Source: an uncultured Gammaproteobacteria bacterium (lineage in GTDB: Bacteria; Patescibacteriota; Patescibacteriia; Magasanikbacterales; GWA2-37-8). From it: a DNA stretch of 64,000 nucleotides. The position numbers and the translations under genes are program-made. Below the pieces are notes generated by a model, which was not told where the DNA came from, did not search any database, and worked only from the letters and a program-made list of their open reading frames with translations. The stretch is taken from assembly GCA_964510885.1 (NCBI GenBank), contig CAZEDL010000001.1:64684-128683 (forward strand). Reading direction: 5' to 3'. The first letter of the stretch is position 1. Each line of letters starts with the position of its first letter. This document shows positions 58,447 to 64,000 of this stretch, one piece after another.

Positions 58447-59520
58447 ATGCCATCCTTCTACAAAGAGCTCAAAGAAATTTTATCCGCCGAACCACGTTAC
58501 CGCCAAACTCAAGTACACAAAGCCTGGTTTGACCCGAGTGTCCATGGATACGAAGACATCAGCACCTTGCCGTTGGTTTTGCGGGAAAAGCTAAAAAAAT
58601 TTCCCTGGATGAGCGTAGCCACTCACACTCTTCTTACGAGTAAAGAAGATAACACTCGTAAGCTGCTCTTAAAATTGCATGACAACCAATATATCGAAAT
58701 GGTGCTTATGGGGCGCGCTAAATTAACCCAGGATGCCGCCGAGCATCCAGGGTTCCGTTATACCATTTGTATTTCTTCGCAAGCCGGCTGCCCGATGCGC
58801 TGCGCCTTTTGTGCCACCGGCAAACAAGGTTTTAAACGCAACTTATCAGTCCCCGAAATTGTCGACCAATATCGCTTCGCTCAAAAGATGCTCGCGCCAA
58901 CGGGGGATAGAGTGGCCAACATTGTACTCATGGGCCAAGGCGAGCCGCTCCTTAATTATGACAATGTCAAAGAAGCACTGACAATTCTACTTGACCACAC
59001 CGACCTTGGCGAAACCAAAATTACTGTTTCGACCGCCGGTGTCCCAAGCGTTATGGAAAAAGTGCTCGTCGATGATTTTCCTCCGGTGCGGTGGGCTATT
59101 TCTCTGCACAGCGCCATCGAAGAATCACGCCAAGAGATAATGCCGTCGAATAAACCCGGCTTCCTCGAATTTTTAGTTGACTGGACCAATAAATATCATG
59201 CTCGTTTCCCGAGTCGCACCCATTTTATTGGCCTCGAATATATCATGCTCCACACCGTAAACGATGATAACAAACACCTTGATGCCTTGGTAAAATTGGC
59301 TCGTCGCATGCCGCATATCCGCATCAATCTTATCCCATATAATCGCATTGGCGACGACCCCATCGACAACAAAACTATTTTTGACCGCACGCCGGCCGAG
59401 CGCATCAATCACTGGCACGAAACGCTGATGAAAGAAGGATTCACCACCACCGTGCGCTATTCGCAAGGCCAAGATATCGCCGCCGCCTGCGGACAACTCA
59501 GAAATAAAGAAACGACCTAA
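58447..59520 (+). CDS. rlmN: RlmN/Cfr-family radical SAM RNA methyltransferase
   Basis: CISSQAGCPMRCAFCATG, MGQGEP, ISLH, NLIPYN, DIAAACGQL. Confidence 0.9.
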   Translation: MPSFYKELKEILSAEPRYRQTQVHKAWFDPSVHGYEDISTLPLVLREKLKKFPWMSVATHTLLTSKEDNTRKLLLKLHDNQYIEMVLMGRAKLTQDAAEHPGFRYTICISSQAGCPMRCAFCATGKQGFKRNLSVPEIVDQYRFAQKMLAPTGDRVANIVLMGQGEPLLNYDNVKEALTILLDHTDLGETKITVSTAGVPSVMEKVLVDDFPPVRWAISLHSAIEESRQEIMPSNKPGFLEFLVDWTNKYHARFPSRTHFIGLEYIMLHTVNDDNKHLDALVKLARRMPHIRINLIPYNRIGDDPIDNKTIFDRTPAERINHWHETLMKEGFTTTVRYSQGQDIAAACGQLRNKETT

Positions 59521-60267
59521 TCAGTCGTTTCTTTTCATTATAAGGCCGCAAAAAGGGGAATAACTTGGGTGATTAGGTATCGGGAGGTAAGCTGAGACAA
59601 AAGATTTTAAGCGAATTATTTTTATCAGTATTTTTTTAAACCAATTTCTTTGTTCAGGCTCTACCCAAAACCTAAACCCACCAAACCAACCAGAGTAAAT
59701 AGCCGAAAAACCCTGTTTTTCCAAATGTTTTTGCCATACTCTAGGGTCCATAGCCGGCAAATGATGACGCTCAACATTCGCCCGGTCGAGCCACATATGA
59801 AGCCATTTTTGAATAGAGCCGCTAAAATTAGGCGTCGTTATGAGCAGGTAACCGCCGGGTTTTACCAATGGTACATGTCGGTCAATAACCGCCAAAAAAT
59901 CGGAGAAATGCTCAATAAATCCAAATGAGCACACCACATCATATTGAGTAGTGGGAGAAAATTTAAAAAAATCTTCCCGACTAAACGAACCCACTTGGTA
60001 GCCTTTGGCTTTGAACCACCGAGGCAAATCACTCGTTACGCGCGGCGTTAGATCCATTCCGTTCAATTCATAGCCACGCTGCCCAAACACCGACAAATAA
60101 CTACCCGGGAAGCAGCCAATTTCAAATACGCTTTTAGTGCTTGGCGGAAAATATTTTTTAATAAACTGCGCGAGCGCATCACTGCGCCGCGGCACTTTCA
60201 ACGCCTGGTCTGAATAAGCGTCATCCCAATATTCCTGGGGGGCAAAATTGTGATGATTATTAGTCAT
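59521..60267 (-). CDS. Class I SAM-dependent methyltransferase
   Basis: VFEIGCFPG, YDVVCSFGFIEHF, VKPGGYLLITTPN. Confidence 0.85.
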   Translation of the reverse strand: MTNNHHNFAPQEYWDDAYSDQALKVPRRSDALAQFIKKYFPPSTKSVFEIGCFPGSYLSVFGQRGYELNGMDLTPRVTSDLPRWFKAKGYQVGSFSREDFFKFSPTTQYDVVCSFGFIEHFSDFLAVIDRHVPLVKPGGYLLITTPNFSGSIQKWLHMWLDRANVERHHLPAMDPRVWQKHLEKQGFSAIYSGWFGGFRFWVEPEQRNWFKKILIKIIRLKSFVSAYLPIPNHPSYSPFCGLIMKRND

Positions 60268-60313
60268 AAAACAATTACAGTGTAAGAAAAAAGATCTTTT
60301 TTGTCAAAAACAA

Positions 60314-60376
60314 AATACCGCCGTGAAACTCCTACTCTGCTCACTATCTCTATGAGCAAAGGGGAATGGCGGTATT
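60314..60376 (-). repeat. Bulged ~63-nt hairpin 3' of GC-rich orphan gene 3
   Basis: Minus strand AATACCGCC/GGCGGTATT, about 5-nt bulge, CTTTGCTCA/TGAGCAGAG with G-U pairs. Confidence 0.65.
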
Positions 60377-60416
60377 GAAGTGGGCCGAAGGGCGGGGATG
60401 GTCGGGGGGTGGCGGG

Positions 60417-60725
60417 CTAGGAGAGGCGGCGGCGGAAGATGATAACACCGCCAGCTACGCCGAGAACGAAGAAGAACAAGCCGTGCTCGCCCGAGGTAGC
60501 TGGCCGGGTCACCTGGCAGCCTCCTCCGCTCGGCTGCGCCGGGGCGTCTGGCCTCTTACTTGTTCCATACCCGTCGTCCGGGTCTTGGGCAGTCCGCAGT
60601 TGCCGATCGACAGCGGCATCAGTCGGCCATGCACTCATGTCCAGTGGCTCCGGAGGCAGCCCATCTCCGCAAGCTGTAAGCAGCAGTGCCAACACCGGAA
60701 AATTTAGAGATTTTTGTCGCATCAT
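60417..60725 (-). CDS. GC-rich orphan: putative lipoprotein with a MYXO-CTERM-like C-terminal sorting signal
   Basis: AGGAGGT 6 nt before ATG 60725; LLLTAC lipobox; GGGC-linker-TM-RRR C-terminus; promoter TTGACT-17-TAATAT at 60766-60794. Confidence 0.72.
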   Translation of the reverse strand: MMRQKSLNFPVLALLLTACGDGLPPEPLDMSAWPTDAAVDRQLRTAQDPDDGYGTSKRPDAPAQPSGGGCQVTRPATSGEHGLFFFVLGVAGGVIIFRRRLS

Positions 60726-60846
60726 TGGCGCACCTCCTCGGCCATCGTGGCCGAGTATGGGCGACATATTAGTGAAATTCATCTAAAAAGTCAATGGTTG
60801 TGGCCATTCCTATTATTAGCTATAATGGCAACGTTATTTATAGCCT

Positions 60847-63762
60847 ATGGCCAACTTAAATCAAGCCCAAAAACAAGCCATTGAATACACTGCTGGCCCG
60901 CTCATGATTGTGGCCGGTGCCGGCACTGGCAAAACCACCGTGATTACCAAAAAAATCGCTTATCTTATCAAGCAAAATTTAGCCACACCCGAACAGATTC
61001 TAGCCCTCACCTTTACCGACAAAGCGGCCGCCGAAATGGGGGAACGCGTCGACCAGTTATTACCCCTTAATTATGTTGAGCTGCAAATTTCAACCTTCCA
61101 CTCCTTCTGCCAGCGCCTGCTCGAACAATACGGCCTCACCATTGGGCTTGGCAACCATTTCAAACTCCTCACCACCATTGATGCCTGGTTATTAGTCCGG
61201 CAAAATTTTGACCGCTTCAAACTTGAGTATTACCGACCACTAGCCAACCCCAATCGCCATATCCACGAACTGATCAAGCATTTTACTAAATGCAAAGACG
61301 AGCTGATTAGCCCCGAAGACTACCTAGCCTATGCCGAAAGTAAACGCCTAGACAGCGGTGACATGAATATCGAAGAACACGATCGTTTGTCAGAATTGGC
61401 CGGGGCGTACCACACCTATAACCAAATCTTGCTCGAAAATAACGTCCTTGATTTTGGCGACTTGATCAAATACACGATTGACCTGTTGCAAACCCGGCCT
61501 GGCATTCTCAAAAAACTGCAGGAACGCTTTAAATATATTCTGGTTGATGAATTCCAAGATGTAAACTGGGCCCAATATTTTTTGGTTAAACTCCTAACTG
61601 GCCCCGAGAATCAATTAACCATCGTGGGTGATGATGATCAAAGTATCTACGCCTTCCGTGGCGCCTCAGTATCAAATATTCTCCGATTCAAAGATGATTT
61701 TCCGCAGGCAAAAGAAATCGTACTTACCGATAACTACCGCTCCGTCCCCGAAGTACTCGATGCTAGTTACAAATTAATCACTGGAAACAACCCAGATCGC
61801 CTAGAAGTAAAACTTGGTATTGATAAAAAACTCCGTGCCGGCCGGAGCGAAAACGGCCAAGTAGCCTATATGCACTATCCGACTGGCGATGCCGAGGTAG
61901 CCGGAGTCCTTGAAAAAATCACCGAATTACGGCAAAACGACCCATCGCTACAGTGGAGTGACTGCGCTATCTTGGTGCGCGCCAATAGCCATGCCGATCC
62001 ATTGGTGGCCGCCTGCGAACGACAGGGCATTCCCTATGAATTTTTAGCCTCGGCTGGCCTTTATCGCCAAGGTATCATTCTCGACTGCCTGAACTTTCTA
62101 AAACTCCTTGATAATCACCACGAAGCCTCTGCAATCTATCGGTTGCTCCGCCTACCGTTTTGGAAATTCAAAGAAAACGACCTCCAAAAAATCACCTTTA
62201 GCGCCAAAAAGAAAAGTATTTCGTATTATGAAACCATCAAACGCGGCCGCGAATTTGGGGTATCCGAAGATGGTCTAGCAATCCTTGATCGCTTGGTAAC
62301 TCTCATTCATGACGGCATGAAAACTGCGCGCGAAGAATATCCCACCGTGGTCTTGCTTGGATTCCTGGAAAAGAGCGGTTATTTCGAGCACCTACGCATA
62401 CAAGGCAATCAAGGAGCCTTGCGTGACATCACCTATCTTAATCAATTTTTAGAACAAATAGAAAAATACGAAACCAGTAACCCAAGCAGCGCCACCGTGG
62501 CCGGATTCCTCAGCCATTACCAGTATCTACTAGAAATGGGCGACGAAGGCTCGCTCACCGGCACCGAACGCCAGAATGACGCCGTGCGCATTATGACGGT
62601 GCACGCGGCCAAAGGCCTAGAATTCAAACATGTTTTTGTCATCAACCTGGTTGAAGATCGCTTCCCCACGCGCCGTCGCGGCGAACCAATTGAAATTCCA
62701 ACCGAATTAATCAAAGAAAACCTGCCGACCGGGGACGCCCATATTCAAGAAGAACGCCGTTTATGCTACGTAGCCATGACTCGCGCTAAAGACGGCCTCT
62801 ACCTATCAAGCGCCGCCTCATATGGCGGTGTCCGCGAAAAAAAGATAAGCCGATTTTTAACCGAACTTGAATATGCAGCCGGTACAGTCGCTAAAAAATC
62901 TGACGACATCGACCTGCCGAGCCCCATCTCAAAAACCAGTCCCGCCACAGCTGAATATGAACTTCCCGATACGTTTTCTTTTTCCCAAATCAAATCCTAT
63001 CAAACCTGTCCCTATCAATATAAATTAGCAAACGTTCTCAAACTTCCCACCCGCAGCAATGCCAGCCTCAGTTTCGGCACCTCACTCCACAGTACCCTGC
63101 AACATTTTTATGAGCGTATCCAAGAATTAAATCGGGCTGAGCAAGTGTCGCTTTTTGCCTTGCCCCAAGCCCCAGCTCCACACACCGGCATCCGCGTACC
63201 ATCACTTGATGAATTGTTAGCGCTGTATGAACACTACTGGATAGGAGATTGGTACGGCGAAAAAACCCAGCGCGAAAAATATTACGCTGATGGTAAAAAA
63301 ATCCTGCAGACATTCTATAAATCGCAGATAGACAACTGGACTATTCCCGTGACGCTCGAAGGTTCATTTAAAATTAGGGTAGGGGAGTACCTGCTGCGCG
63401 GCCGCATCGACCGCATCGACCAATTACCCGATGGTACGCTTGAAATTATTGACTACAAAACCGGTAAACCCAAAGAAAAATTAGTCGGCGATGATAAAGA
63501 ACAACTCTTGATATACCAAGTAGCCGTAAAACAATTGCCGCAATATCAACATATCGGCACCCCCAGCCAACTAACTTTTTATTATCTCAACAATAATTCC
63601 AAACTCTCATTCCTCGGCTCTGATAAAGAAATCGCCGCCCTGCAAGATCGATTGCTCGAAACTATTCTAAAAATCCGTAGCGGCGATTTCACCCCCACCC
63701 CTAGCCAATTCACCTGCCGCTCCTGCGACTTCAAGGAAATTTGCGAATTTAGAATTTTATAA
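60847..63762 (+). CDS. UvrD/PcrA-like helicase fused to a C-terminal PD-(D/E)XK nuclease
   Basis: AGAGTGKT, VDEFQD, VGDDDQSIYAFRGA, TVHAAKGLEF, YVAMTRA; GRIDRID...IIDYKTG; CPYQY and CRSCDFKEIC. Confidence 0.93.
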   Translation: MANLNQAQKQAIEYTAGPLMIVAGAGTGKTTVITKKIAYLIKQNLATPEQILALTFTDKAAAEMGERVDQLLPLNYVELQISTFHSFCQRLLEQYGLTIGLGNHFKLLTTIDAWLLVRQNFDRFKLEYYRPLANPNRHIHELIKHFTKCKDELISPEDYLAYAESKRLDSGDMNIEEHDRLSELAGAYHTYNQILLENNVLDFGDLIKYTIDLLQTRPGILKKLQERFKYILVDEFQDVNWAQYFLVKLLTGPENQLTIVGDDDQSIYAFRGASVSNILRFKDDFPQAKEIVLTDNYRSVPEVLDASYKLITGNNPDRLEVKLGIDKKLRAGRSENGQVAYMHYPTGDAEVAGVLEKITELRQNDPSLQWSDCAILVRANSHADPLVAACERQGIPYEFLASAGLYRQGIILDCLNFLKLLDNHHEASAIYRLLRLPFWKFKENDLQKITFSAKKKSISYYETIKRGREFGVSEDGLAILDRLVTLIHDGMKTAREEYPTVVLLGFLEKSGYFEHLRIQGNQGALRDITYLNQFLEQIEKYETSNPSSATVAGFLSHYQYLLEMGDEGSLTGTERQNDAVRIMTVHAAKGLEFKHVFVINLVEDRFPTRRRGEPIEIPTELIKENLPTGDAHIQEERRLCYVAMTRAKDGLYLSSAASYGGVREKKISRFLTELEYAAGTVAKKSDDIDLPSPISKTSPATAEYELPDTFSFSQIKSYQTCPYQYKLANVLKLPTRSNASLSFGTSLHSTLQHFYERIQELNRAEQVSLFALPQAPAPHTGIRVPSLDELLALYEHYWIGDWYGEKTQREKYYADGKKILQTFYKSQIDNWTIPVTLEGSFKIRVGEYLLRGRIDRIDQLPDGTLEIIDYKTGKPKEKLVGDDKEQLLIYQVAVKQLPQYQHIGTPSQLTFYYLNNNSKLSFLGSDKEIAALQDRLLETILKIRSGDFTPTPSQFTCRSCDFKEICEFRIL

Positions 63763-63845
63763 AAATTGTTAGTACTATGAACTGGCGTAATAAAGTCGAG
63801 CACTGGCGCAGAAATATTGATGGAATGAAAAATTATAACGATATA

Positions 63846-64000
63846 ATGGACAATTCAACCATGGCAGAATTTACAGATAAGATTGATCGCTCCCGTCTCA
63901 ATCTAGAAGAACACACAGATATTGAACAGTTAAGCCCAACTCAGAAAGCGTGCTTAGAAAAAATTCATAAATTTATTGCTACTACCACTGAATTATTTAA
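63846..64000 (+). CDS. Hypothetical protein, partial (runs off the window)
   Basis: ATG at 63846, open to the window end: MDNSTMAEFTDKIDRSRLNLEEH... Confidence 0.4.
   Translation, partial: MDNSTMAEFTDKIDRSRLNLEEHTDIEQLSPTQKACLEKIHKFIATTTELF

Overview
Bacterial chromosome segment read with genetic code 11. It is most consistent with a Patescibacteria/CPR (Parcubacteria-type) genome: RpoA lacks its CTD, AlaRS lacks C-Ala, there is a CxxC-x17-CxxC protein and a UvrD-nuclease fusion, and housekeeping genes have no Shine-Dalgarno (SD) sequence. Positions 1-6606 are the right part of an AT-rich element integrated at tRNA-Asn. It carries a large serine recombinase reading into the tRNA, a Prim-Pol/AAA helicase, a lone terminase small subunit, a DUF4365-like nuclease and two pseudoknot-like leader RNAs, so it resembles a phage satellite. 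The rest is host backbone: thiE, ribA-ribD, tkt, a zwf-gnd fusion, pgl, glnII, tRNA/rRNA modification genes, alaS, metG, the infA-rpmJ-alpha operon-rplM-rpsI cluster, and an F-type ATP synthase operon with orphan ORFs between its F1 genes. The most unusual signal is three dispersed GC-rich orphan genes (18401, 20437, 60417) that share one architecture: an AT-rich sigma70-type promoter, a strong canonical SD, a TAG stop, a short GC-rich 3' spacer and a ~65-nt bulged hairpin. Two have lipoboxes and one has a MYXO-CTERM-like tail, so they look built for translation and sorting in another (possibly myxobacterial) cell. All calls were made by eye from motifs; no searches were run.
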